64,000 nucleotides of DNA. It comes from Octopus sinensis (taxonomy: Eukaryota). Within the stretch, counting starts at the first letter, position 1. Each line of letters starts with the position of its first letter. A program made the translations under genes and the position numbers. Positions 12,392 to 24,342 of this stretch are shown one piece after another. Location: contig NC_043007.1 of NCBI RefSeq assembly GCF_006345805.1, positions 12,648,001 through 12,712,000 of the forward strand. Direction: 5' to 3'. The notes below the pieces were generated by a model, which saw nothing but the letters and a program-made list of their open reading frames with translations, had not been told where the DNA came from and made no database searches.

Positions 12392-13820
12392 ATTTGGCTC
12401 AAAAGCAAATAGCAAGGCCATGTAGGGGGACATGGAGTTAAGTACAGGGTGGTGTTCATGTAAAGAGTTCAGGCCACTTGAGGTCCAGGGAGGCTTTGAA
12501 CAAAGCGGTCGTCGGCATCTTCACCATCTCATCTGGCAGCTTGTTCCACGGATCCGCAACCCGGACGGAGAAAGCTCCTCTCCTTCGATTGAGATGAAAT
12601 CGTCGCAGGTAAAGCTTTTCGGAATGACCCCGCAGCCGACGCTCCGGAGCAGGAGTGAAGAACAGCTCTTTCGAGAGGTTACACTTCCCGCTTATGATGT
12701 TGTGGGCGAGAATGAGATCACCACGGCGGCGGCGTTTTTCAAGAGAATAAAGGTCGAGCGTCCTCAGCCTTTCTTCGTAGGACAAATTTTTGAGACCATG
12801 AACCATGCGGGTAGCCAGCCTCTGGACTCTTTCGAGGTGCTGTATGTCTTTGAGGAGATAAGGAGAAGAGGCTTGAATCCCATACTCCAATATGGGTCTC
12901 ACCAGCGTGACATAGAGTGGCAGGAATATGGCTGCTGTGAGCACTCCGAATGACCGTCGAATCAAAAACAGAATTCCGCGCGCTTTGTTGGCAGCATGGA
13001 CGCACTGGGCCGAAGGCGAAAAGGAGGAATCCACCAAGATACCCAGGTCCTTTACCTGATCGGTCCTCTCCAGCAGCAGACGACCCGGCTCGAAATCAAG
13101 TTGAGTTGTAGGAGTAGAGCCGACAGGCAGATGACAGCACTTTGACACGTTCAGACACAGGTCCCAATCGTTAGACCACTTCCAAATTTGGTGGAGGCAT
13201 CGACGAAGATCCTCTATACTACCGCGAGGAGCGACCAGTTTGATATCGTCGGCAAATAGAAGGGTGTGTTGCGTGAGGTCGTCGGGCAAGTCATTTATGA
13301 AGACTAAGAACAACAAGGGCCCAAGCACTGAACCTTGAGGCACGCCACTGCTCGCACTGGAGACGTCGGACCGCGAACCATTAACTTGAACTTGGAAGGA
13401 GCGATCTGAGAGGAAGGCACCAACCCATCGTACAATATCCGGATGGAAACTATATGCTTGAAGCTTGACAAGTAGTAGGCGGTGGTTTACCGAGTCAAAA
13501 GCTTTGGCAAAGTCCAATAAAACGATGTCAACAGCATCACTATCATCGAGGATGCACGTCACCAATTCTTCCATTACTAGTAAGTTGGTCAAGCATGATC
13601 TCTTCGGCACGAAGCCGTGTTGGGAATCAGTGATCGAGGCTGTGCTTAGGAGGTGGAGCATCATACTTTTCTTAAGGATGGTTTCGAACATCTTGCTGAT
13701 TATTGATGTAAGGGAAACCGGTCGGTAGTTAAGCGGGTCTTCGCGGCTCCCTTTCTTGAAAATTGGGCAGATTATCGCTGTTCTCCAGTCTGCAGGTATA
13801 ACACCCGTCGCCAATGACAT
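12363..13820 (-). mobile_element. 5'-truncated CR1-clade non-LTR retrotransposon with (TAAC)n tail
   Basis: Uninterrupted RT ORF, short 3' UTR 12392-12455, (GTTA)n run on + at ~12360-12391, possible ATTGTT target duplication at 12357-12362 and 13821-13826. Confidence 0.92.
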
Positions 13821-13841
13821 ATTGTTCTTGTAACATTGCAA
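12456..13841 (-). CDS. Reverse transcriptase plus C-terminal domain of LINE ORF2 (no endonuclease; first few codons are flank-derived)
   Basis: RT motifs NYRPVSLTS, QHGF, LLDFAKAFDSV, GVPQGSVLGPLLFLVFINDL, LFADD, KDLG; CR1-type C-terminus LVRPILEY, LERVQR, RRRGDLI, RGH, FSVRV..WNKLP. Confidence 0.93.
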   Translation of the reverse strand: MQCYKNNMSLATGVIPADWRTAIICPIFKKGSREDPLNYRPVSLTSIISKMFETILKKSMMLHLLSTASITDSQHGFVPKRSCLTNLLVMEELVTCILDDSDAVDIVLLDFAKAFDSVNHRLLLVKLQAYSFHPDIVRWVGAFLSDRSFQVQVNGSRSDVSSASSGVPQGSVLGPLLFLVFINDLPDDLTQHTLLFADDIKLVAPRGSIEDLRRCLHQIWKWSNDWDLCLNVSKCCHLPVGSTPTTQLDFEPGRLLLERTDQVKDLGILVDSSFSPSAQCVHAANKARGILFLIRRSFGVLTAAIFLPLYVTLVRPILEYGIQASSPYLLKDIQHLERVQRLATRMVHGLKNLSYEERLRTLDLYSLEKRRRRGDLILAHNIISGKCNLSKELFFTPAPERRLRGHSEKLYLRRFHLNRRRGAFSVRVADPWNKLPDEMVKMPTTALFKASLDLKWPELFT

Positions 13842-14085
13842 GAAGCACCATGATTGTTTTGACTTAACTAATATTTACACCCTTTGCTATAACATAACAG
13901 GCTTTAATCACATTTCCGGCTTACCAAATTCCACTAACAATTTATTGATCAACTTTAGGCTGTGAGAGAAGATACTTGCTCAAGATTCCATCCAGTGGGA
14001 ATCAAGCCCAGAGCCACACAACCATGCCTGTTTATATTTTCTCTTAGCACAGGATGTTACATTAAATTTGTTGAAAATACTAACA

Positions 14086-14246
14086 GTGCAGGAGTGGCTG
14101 TGTGGTAAGTAGCTTGCTAACCAACCACATGGTTCCGGGTTCAGTCCCACTGCGTGGCACCTTGGGCAAGTGTCTTCTTCTATAGCCTCGGGCCGACCAA
14201 TGCCTTGTGAGTGGATTTGGTAGACGGAAACTGAAAGAAGCCTGTC

Positions 14247-14300
<54 letters not shown>

Positions 14301-14481
14301 TTATGTGTGTGTGTTTGTGTATCTGTGTTTGTCTCCCTAGCATTGCTTGACAACTGTCACTTAGTGGTTCAGCAAAAGAGAGACCGATAGAATAAGTCCC
14401 GGGGTCGATTTGCCCGACTAAAGGCGGTGCTCCAGCATGGCCGCAGTCAAATGACTGAAACATGTAAAAGAGTAAAGAGAG
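14086..14481 (+). mobile_element. SINE family A (internal deletions)
   Basis: Same family with an internal (TA)n; ends ~400 nt upstream of PACSIN coding exon 1. Confidence 0.88.
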
Positions 14482-14896
14482 TGACTTAATGTCTTTTATT
14501 TAAAAAAATGTAGTAAAATATGCATTCTTACTTGAGAGTAAAAGCTATAGCCTGAGGTTTGGGTTTTGTAATTTAAATACTGCTTTGACATTTTATTTAT
14601 CGTTCAGATATGAATAAAATGTTGAAGTGAGGAGGTGTTATTTTTTACTCTGTGTTTAATATATTGTTGTGGGTGGAAATTGTTACAAGTGTTATTGTAA
14701 GACAATTCCTTGTCAAAAACTAGATTGTGCATTGAAAAAGAACAACAACAAAGAGAATCCACAAATAATCTTTATATAAAGCCTGCTTTTTGTATCAATT
14801 GTTGAGTCATTGTAATAAAATTCTCACATGCTATCATAACCACATTCTCATTTATTTATTTTTCTTTCTAATTTTAGGTTAACTGTCAGCTGTAAC

Positions 14897-15104
14897 ATGT
14901 CTGTTATGGATGAGTATAACAACCAAGCAAGTGAGAGTTTCTGGGAGATAGGAAAATATAACCGGTCTGTAAAACGGATTGAAAATGGCAGTAAACTTTG
15001 TGACAGTTTAAGGCAATTAATTGAAACAAGAAGTGATATAGAAAAATCTTACGCAAAGCAGCTTTCACAGTGGTCTAGAAAATGGAATGACTTCCTTGAA
15101 AAGG
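14897..15104 (+). CDS. PACSIN: PACSIN/syndapin coding exon 1 (F-BAR N-terminus); exon begins at 14878 with 19 nt of 5' UTR
   Basis: Pyrimidine tract and TAG acceptor ending 14877, ATG at 14897. Translates MSVMDEYNNQASESFWEIGKYNRSVKRIENGSKLCDSL...RSDIEKSYAKQLSQWSRKWNDFLEK, matching the PACSIN FCH pattern SFWExGxYxRxVKRI. Donor G|GTAAAT at 15105, phase 1. Confidence 0.95.
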
Positions 15105-17569
15105 GTAAATTATATTTTGTAACATTTTTGCTTCAGTTATTGTTGGCGAGTGGCCCTATATTGTTATTCTCTGCTCAAGAAATCTTGCCGTTGCTGTAGT
15201 AACTGATAATTTGTATGTGACCATATTTTATAAATGAGTTTTGATAAGTTCAGTTGTCATGAAGAGTGAAGAATGCAATGTTTTGCTTGAGGGTGAAGAA
15301 AATAAAATGGTGTTATTGCCTGGCTGTGGGCAATTAGATAATGCCATATTTTAGCCTTGTTTGTAACACTACTGCTTGTTCTAACATGCATAGCGCACAG
15401 TGGTTACCATGGCATATTACATTTAAGTTTCTTGTAGGTAGGTTTCTGTAATCCATGTATGTTTAAAGATGAACAAGTGAGATTCTGTTGGTCAATCGCT
15501 TGTGCTACTTTTTTGAAAAATTCATTACTTTAGAATGAAAGCTTTCTTTGTTCCATATCTAAACAGTCTCAGAATCAAACAGCAACACAAGCAGAGGCAC
15601 AAAGTAATTCATTTATGATCTAAGAAAGGAAAAGAGTGGAGTCCAAGGTTTTCGGCTGTGGTCTTTCATTATGAGACAAAATGCTCTTTCTCAATGTAGG
15701 ACCTCAGTTTACAAATTTAATTCATGAAGGCTGGTCGTCACTCAAAATTTCATAAACCGAAACTATCTTTCTCCATAGGAAATTCAACAGACGGTACAGT
15801 GAATGAAAAACAAACATGTGTCCTGTGTGAAAGCTAGACAGCAACTGATGCTCTCCTCATGATACTCTCAGCCTTGTTGCCAACTTACATGTTTGTTACT
15901 GAAGACACCATTTATCACCCAAGATGTTTTATATTCAAAAGTTGTTCATAAACCGATTTGTATTTGATGAGAGATTCCAAGTGAGATTCTGCTGTATAAT
16001 CAGAATATAAAGAAGCATGGGAGATAATTGCTAACAGATGTAAAAGAGCTAAATGATGTCTCACAACGGTAAAGATCTCTTACTCAAGGAATATAGTGAA
16101 CAGGAGTTCTCATGTGTGTATGTATGATTTAAAAAAAAAATTTTATGTGTATGTATAAGTAACTATATAAATCACAAAGAAAATGTTAGAAGTTTGATGT
16201 AGTTGATGAAAGAGAAAAGGTTAGAAGAATTTCTGGTTTAATTCAGAGACTTGTTCTGCATCAGCATATTGGTAATATATCCAAAATATTTCAGGAATGA
16301 AAAGCAACCCAAACAGAAACACTTCCTTTTAATTTAAAATATTGATATATCATTCCAGATCTTTTAACAGCAGTGATATATATATATATATATATGTATT
16401 TATTGCTTGATTCAAGATCTGCTTAAAGAATATATTTCTTTGTTAATTATCAATCAGACGTTTATTTTTGTAGGTGATGATGGAATGTGTAAGTACCAAA
16501 AGACACGCCCAGATAATTATTAGTGTTGTAACCTGCACTTTAGGTTCACTCTTTCCAAACATTTTAATTAAAAGAATCATGACAATTCAACTTTTTTTTT
16601 TTTTTTTGGTAATTCTATATTTAAAAGTTAGTAAATACTAAGATTTAGTTTAACTTCAAGTCTTTGACTTTTATAATTGCTATATGTTTCTAATGTTAAT
16701 TAGTGATATGAACTGAAATAATTAGAATTTTACAGTCTTCCAATCAGTCAACATGCTATTGATCTGTCATTAAACTCTTAAACATTCTTTATTAATATTA
16801 TTAAATTTATATTTATAAATTAATTACTATCATCAATAGTTATATCTTTTTTTTTTTTATATATATAAGATTTGATAATTCAACAGAACAACCTCCTATA
16901 TCCTTTACTTATTTTCTCCCCCTAAACTTGATTCAAACCAGATCTTGCCATTGCCAAATTTTCTTCCAGTATGCCTTTGTTTCGGTTATCGTTCACAATC
17001 CTTCTCACTTGCCAAACACTGTTCCTGTTATTACATTATCAAACCCAAAATAGTTGTCTTTTTTTGAATTCTTAATTCACCCGACATCAGTTTTTACTTG
17101 ATGTTCACATTGCATGTCCAGCAAATCTAAAATTTCTGAAATATATATTTCAAAATGTACCAACCATTTATTTTGTATGTTCTTCATTGAATATCCTTGT
17201 TGCTTTTAGCTTAAATTTTGTTTATCAGTTAAGATACAAAATATAAAGATTTATCTTTCATACATGAACTTCTAGTCCAGTGCTTAAAAATACTTGCTTA
17301 TCTTTATGAATGACTAAAACATTTTTATTTACCACAGAAGTTACTTATTATGTAGTTCTCTACTAAATACTTCAATATTTGTATAGTAAAACACACTAGT
17401 AGTTTACAACTAGATAAGTGTAGTAGGATAAATTAGTTTTCATTATGGTACATAGTTATTGTAATTGATTAAAGAGGTTATAGTTTCTCTTGTCTGCTAT
17501 TCTAATTAATCATCAGCTCTGAAAATAACATTAAACATTGTTTTTATAAAACAAAATATAATTGCTCGA

Positions 17570-17609
<40 letters not shown>

Positions 17610-17817
17610 TTAACACTGAAGAGGAATTAACAAGCTTATATTATGTTTCGACAAGCAATTATGCAATTCAATGAAATTTGTTTTATAAAGCATAAAATAT
17701 GTTTTCTGTATTTTATAAATACCAAATATAATGTGTGTGTGTGTACACATAGTCATGGATACACCATGCTTTATAAATTTCATTTTGATGCATGAATTTA
17801 TAGATTTTCATAATATT

Positions 17818-18207
17818 CTTTTCTGCACAAGGCTCAAAATTTTGGGGGAGTGGGGGGCAGTCGATTAGATCGACCCCACTACATAACTGGTACTTAATTT
17901 ATTGACCCTGAAAGGATCAGAAGCAAAGTCGACCTCGGCAGAATTTGTACTCAAAACATAACAGCAGACGAACTACCTATTTCTTTACTACCCACAAGAG
18001 GCTAAACACAGAGAGGACAAACAAGGACAAATGGATTAAGTCGATTACATCGATCCCCCAGTACGTAACTGGTATTTATTTAATCGTCCCCGAAAGGATG
18101 AAAAGCAAAGTCGACCTCGGTGGAATTTGAACTCAGAACGTAAAGACAGATGAAACACCACTAAGCATTTCGCCCAGCGTGCTAACATTTCTGCTAGCTC
18201 ACCGCCT
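17818..18207 (-). mobile_element. Dimeric family C SINE
   Basis: Two head-to-tail units with different tails inside one TAGATTTTCATRATATT direct repeat (17801-17817, 18208-18224). Confidence 0.8.
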
Positions 18208-20484
18208 TAGATTTTCATGATATTGTTTCCTTATATTTAAAATTTTCCTTTTTTTATAATAGTGAGTTATTGTACTGAGATTATTGAAAAATTAGGATTT
18301 AGATAACTTATGGTGTTAATAATTATATGTCCTGGTCTTCTTTAGCTGAAAGGTGATGGGCCCATCAGTCTATTGTATTGCTCAACAAGCTGCTGGGGAT
18401 TGGTTGTTTCTTGCAAACTGTAAATGGCATCTTCTCTTTTTGATGTGTGCATTGACTACATATTGTCGGTGAAACATTGTTAATTTGTAAATGATACCAA
18501 AGCTACCTCTGCATGCAAAGTAATAATGGAACTTTTTGCATAATCACCTTATTTCAAACACCGGTCTATTGTTCTTCAGCATGCTGCATAATACCATTGT
18601 GCCCACTCCTGCACATTATTGTGAAATAAGTGAGTAACCCATAGGGTTCAGGGGTCAAGATGAATATAAGATCCCTCTAATGGTGCAATATTTCTTGATT
18701 TTTTAATATTTTTTGGTCTGTTGGATATTTTCACCAGTAAACACATAGATTTCATTATTTTTGAGGAAGTTGTTCCTCTTCATTGTCAAGTCCTCGTCTG
18801 AAGTGCAGTTCATATTCATAGGGAGGGAAAGTTTATCAAATATATATTTTTATACATTCCTGCATATGGTTTGTGAAAAATCATAATTTCAAGTCCCTTA
18901 TTGAAGGTGAAGGGGAAAGTATTTTAATCCTCATCATCTAGCATCCGCTTTCCATGTTGGCATGGGTTGGACGGTTTGATTGGAACTGGGGAGCCAGAGA
19001 GCTGCACCAAGTTCTGGTCTGATTTGGCTTGGATTCTACTGTTGGAGACCCTTCCTAATTCCTCCTTGAAAATCACCTTAGGAAATGGAAGAATTTAATG
19101 ACTTCAGATTTTTGCCACAAGGGCAGCTTGGGAGAGGGGATTAAGTCAATTACATTGACTCCAGTGCTCAACTGGTACTTATTTTATCGACCCTGACAGG
19201 ATGAAAGGCAAAGTTGACCTTGGCGGAATTTGAACTCAGTACGTAGTGACCGTCAAAATGCCACTAACGATTCTGTCAGCTCGACACCTTGGATGTATTT
19301 AATAATGAAAGTAAAATAAACATGGTACAATAGGGCACCGACTAGAAACTATATAAATCATCCAGTATATCAAAAGTAAGCTGGATTGTTTTGTAATTGC
19401 GTAAAAGAAGAAATAAGACATTAGTACTCCTCTCACACAGATTCTTTTTTTGATTTTTGTGGGGGTTTTTTAAAAAATAATATTTTTTTTTTTTTTTTAC
19501 TAACGATGGATTTGAACATTTATCTTATTGAAAAATAAGAGAAGCATTAAAAATAGTTTTTGCTTTCTCCTGAAAATCTTTTCACTTTTTCCTTTTGAAG
19601 TGTAACTTTTTGTCTTTCTGGTGGCATTCACCCAGGCTGGGTTGAGCTGGCTATGAACGAGTTCCCCTTGTCCCTCATGAATGCTGACCACGTGACAGTT
19701 TTGGCCACAGTCAAGGCTGTAATGGATACCCACTCCCAGTTCCACTACCAAAGACCACAGATGCAGGAGACCAATTGTGCTTCCATGTCCACCTTTACCA
19801 TTGCCAACCACATCTTCAGTTGCTCTCCAGCTCATTTGCCCCAGCCTGGGAGGGGAGGGGAGGGGAGCTGGGTTGACCCCTTTGTGAATGAATTCCCCTG
19901 GAGGCTGATGGACAAGTTGCCTTAGACATGCACAATAATATTATAGATATTGGTTTCTATATTTTGTGCTAATTAAATAATTAGGTTTTTCCATAATATT
20001 GTCAGACGATTCCAATCCAACATGCACCCTCTCCAACCCCCTCCAACACACTCCATTGATTGCAGTGTATTTCTGTGCAGAGTTATGTCCCCCTTGCTCC
20101 TCTTCATGTAGGTGGTTTGCTTACCAACCACATGGTTCCGTGTTCAGTCCCACTGTGTGGCACCTTGGGCGAGTGTCTTCTATTATAGCCTCGGGCCGAC
20201 CAAAGCCTTGTGAGTGGATTTGGTAGACGGAAACTGAAAGAAGCCCGCCGTATATATTCTTTGTAAATTCTATCGGTCTCTTTTGCCGAACCACTAAGTT
20301 ACAGGGATGTAAACACACTATCAGTTCTTAAGCGATGTTGGGGGGACGAACACAGGCACACAAACACACGCGCGCACACACAATTACTCCTGATAATGCA
20401 TTATTCCTAACGCCACGTACAAATATGTCTAAATAATTTGTACTAGATTTCACTCTCTTTTAACCTTCTACATATAACCTAGAC

Positions 20485-21141
20485 CAGTGCTTCTCAAACT
20501 ATATGATGTGGCGTACTGGCAGTTTTTCTCTTTCCAGTGTGTCAGAGACTGGTAATATTAATTTATACCAGAAACAACATATATAATGAATGTGATAAAA
20601 GTTGACAGTTTTTATTATCTTACTCTTTACTCTTTTACTTGTTTCAGTCATTTGACTGTGGCCATGCTGGAGCACCGCCTTCATAGTCGAGCAAATCGAC
20701 CCCAGGACTTATTCTTCGTAAGCCTTGTACTTATTCTATCGGTCTCTTTTGCCGAACCGCTAAGTTACGGGGACGTAAACACACCAGCATCGGTTGTTAA
20801 GCGATGTTGGGGGGACAAACACACAAACATATGCACACACACACATATAGATATACATATATCCGATGGGCTCCTTTCAGTTTCAGTCTTCCAAATCCAC
20901 TCACAAGGTTTTGGTCGGCCCGAGGCTATAGTAGAAGACACTCGCTTAAGGTGCCACACAGTGGGACTGAACCCGGAACCATGTGGTTGGTAAGCAAGCC
21001 ACCTACATTTATTTTGTAAACAAACAATACAATATACATAAGCATTTTATAATGTTTCTTTTCTGGAAACTCTCTGCATACAGGCAGCTGATGGCTTGTG
21101 GGCCGGTGCCGGTTCGCAGACCACCACTTTGAGTAGCACTG
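20485..21141. mobile_element. hAT (Charlie-like) MITE containing a SINE
   Basis: TIRs CAGTGCTTCTCAAA / TTTGAGTAGCACTG; flanks ACCTAGAC and ATTTACAC. Confidence 0.7.
20620..21000 (-). mobile_element. SINE family A nested in a hAT MITE
   Basis: Reverse complement of family A; a partial + strand copy lies at ~20110-20370. Confidence 0.85.
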
Positions 21142-24056
21142 ATTTACACCACTGACAACAGGCAAAAAAAAAAATGTTTCCTTTGATCAAAGACTTCAAA
21201 AAGAAAGCTATCCAGAAAAATGGCTACCTGGTCTCCCTCAACAAAATTAACATAAAAACAGTTACACTCCCTCATTATGCGTGGACAACACCCAACTAAA
21301 GCCCACACATTTAAAATAGATTCTATATCTCAATATCTTATCTATGATGATGATATCACATATATATAACATAAGTAGTTTTGTGTGCCAAACATTAGGC
21401 TTCCACTTCAGTGCAAGAAAATAGTTCAAATTTTACCCAGTAGTCAATCCACTACAATGCACTGAGTGTGACTTGCATATATATATATACTCTAAAATAT
21501 CCGGGTCAGTACTTCTTTGTGTGGGCTAAATGCTGACAATACCGACAAGATTAAATGCTGACAGTCAAATTGTTGTCATTCAAAATGCCATCAATTTTTG
21601 TTCAGTAAAAATAATAATAGAAAATTTTTTTTAAACTGAAGCAATTTATTAAATAGAGAAAGGTTGCCAAAAATCTGTTTAGTTTTAAAAAAAAAAGCAA
21701 TTCAAACTTATTTCTTTGAATTGAAGTAGGTCGCCAAAGATAATTCACTTCAAAATTGAAGCAATTCATCAAATCAAATATAATAAATTCTGGGTCATTG
21801 ACCTTATGAAATGCATGAGGCCAGTCAAGTTGTAAGTTATGAATACCTTTTTTAGATGCACTTATAAATCGTTGTATATTTTTGTCTATTCAGTTACAGT
21901 ATATTTGCTTAAAAGAATGTTTGTTTGAGAATTAAGCCAGTGTTAGATTGTTTTTGCTACAGTGGGTTTTTTTTTTGTGTGGTTTTGTTTAAGCATGGTC
22001 AAGTGGACTATTAAAACTCTTATAGTATAAGTTTTATACCATACTTCCAAAGAATTGGCTTTTCATTTCCATCATTAACAAATCAGAGCCTGGTTTCAAA
22101 GGCTGGACTCCTTAAGAATGTTTTTGAAATATTCTAAAAGTTCACATAGCACTGTATGTATTTTTTTCATCTGGTGAGACCTCAAGTTCATTATTTTACA
22201 TTGTACACATCTTGTGCGGACCAAACATTAAAGCTTCTAGCTGCTTCATAAAGAAGGTATTTTCTGGATGGAAATACCAACCTGTTAATCGTATGGGAAT
22301 GCACTTTTTCTTGCTGTTTATTACAGCTATTTTAAAGTTCCCTGTAGTTCTGGATCTCTCTCTGTCTCTCAAATGAGGTTGCTAATCTTACCTTTGGTGT
22401 TGGTAATGTACAAAATTAAAGATAAAATTTTAGTTTCAGAAACGAAAAGCACAAAGTTTCATTTCAAGAGACACATCAGAAAATATTTCATTGTGAAATT
22501 TTTTTTTTGCAAAAATACGTGGATTTTTCATTGGTGTTAAATATAACTGTCCACCCTTCCTTTTTAATAATAAAAATATAATACCTCTTCTCATTAATCA
22601 CTTGTAGCATCATTGTGCCTTCTTATTTGTTGCACATTGCTCAGTAATTGGATTTGTTGCGGCAATGTATTACACGCACTTAAAGGTAGATTACTCATAC
22701 AATTGTTAATTACAGATGTAATTAAAGTATTGATTGTACTACTCATTGTTTTGTTTTCAACTGGTTTTAAAATGCTTATGGCCGAGAGATGGTTGATGTT
22801 GAATGGTTTTGAGGAATCTTTATGAAGGCAGCCAGTCATACAAACCAAGCCAAAAATGAAACCTGCAAGCAAAATTTGGTCAGCCAACCCATCTGAAAGT
22901 GCAATTATGATCAATACCAGCATGGAAAACAGGACATAAAGCATCCTTTTGGGATGCCGGTGGCACATAAAAAGCAGCCATTACACTCTCGGAGTGGTTG
23001 GCATTAGGAAGGGCATCCAGCTGTAGAAACTCTGCCAGATCAAGATTGGAGCCTGGTGCAGCCATCTGGTTCGCTAGCCCTCAGCAAAATCGTCCAACCC
23101 ATGCTAGCATGGAAAGCGGATGTTAAACAATGATGATGTGTCAATGGAGGGTATCAGATTGGTGGAACTGTTAGGGTTGAGCAAGATGTCTTGTGGTAAC
23201 TGTTCTGGTTCTTTGTGCTCTGAAACCAGTGTGTGTTGTGACTCTGGTCCCAAGATGTATCAGTCCAAGTCAACAACTTTTCCCCTGGTTAAACATTGGT
23301 GACATGGAGAGGAAAGGTTTGTATACTGGGGTGGGGAACTGCCAGTCTTCCCCAGAGTTTTACCAAAGTCTGCTCAAAGCTTGACTGAAGCGGGTGGAGT
23401 CGCTGTATTGGTCAACCCAAAATTGCCCAATGTGTCATACAGTTGAATCAAACCTTGAAAAATATGGTTGTGTAGTGAACTTATCCCAAAACCCATACCT
23501 CCATCCAAGGTGATGTGCAGTTCGATAAAACCCTGAAACATGGGTGTATAGTGAATTTAGCCATACACCTATACCTGCACCTAGTTAAACATCCTAGACC
23601 GTTGCTAAGGTTATCTCGACAGATAACGAAATACCAATTCCCCCTCCAAAGTTATTAATATCCTTGACGGTATCCAAGAAATAACCGTTCAGCTGATTGG
23701 TAAAAACTAGTTCATAATGTCTCTCCCTTTCTCTTTTACTACACCTAAACAAGGCCTCCACTGCTTTGAACTTGCAAACTGCATAACACCCCTTTCTCAG
23801 TACCACTTCCGCCCTTCTATGAATACACTTGTATTCATCTGCTCCTCTCGTCATCTTTTACTGTGCCTCACATTAAACACTTTGTTTGCCTAATTGTACA
23901 TATCTAGATCTCCAATCTGACATTGGCTGCCACAGTTAGGGAGTCGTCGGAACTACAAATGGTTACAGCTGTAAACTCTCCTCCACTGACTTGAGAAAAT
24001 ATCAATTGTATGTTTTAAAGCCGTTCAAAGTTATTTTGTTGGTGCTACTTTAACAT

Positions 24057-24342
24057 GTGGAGGTGCAATGGCCCAGTGGTTAGGGCAGCGGACTCGCGGT
24101 TGTAGGATCCCGGTTTCGATTCCCAGACCAGACGTCGTGAGTGTTTATTGAATGGAAACACCTAGAGCTCCACGAGGCTCTGGCAGTACTCTTTCGCCAC
24201 AACTTTTTCTCACTCTTTCTTCTGTTGGCCTGCTCGCTTAGCCAGCGGGGTGGTGTCATTTGAAGGCTAAAACAATGCGAAGCGCATTTTGACCAGCAAT
24301 GTGTAGCAACATCTTATAGCCTGGTCGGTCATAGTGACGATG
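24057..24342 (+). mobile_element. tRNA-derived SINE with 10-bp TSD
   Basis: TGGCCCAGTGGTTAGGGC A box, TTCGATTCC B box; ACTTTAACAT at 24047-24056 and 24343-24352. Confidence 0.82.

Noticed and set aside
12432-12953. 173-aa + strand ORF
   Set aside because: Antisense shadow of the GC-rich LINE ORF; no recognisable domain.
17612-17680. CTGAAGAGGAATT...AATTCAATGAAA hammerhead-like pattern
   Set aside because: Stems I and III cannot be formed convincingly.
19653-19925. 90-aa ORF in a GC-richer patch (also 23594-23854 and 30031-30216)
   Set aside because: No motif I can recognise and no splice context; probably old retroelement debris.
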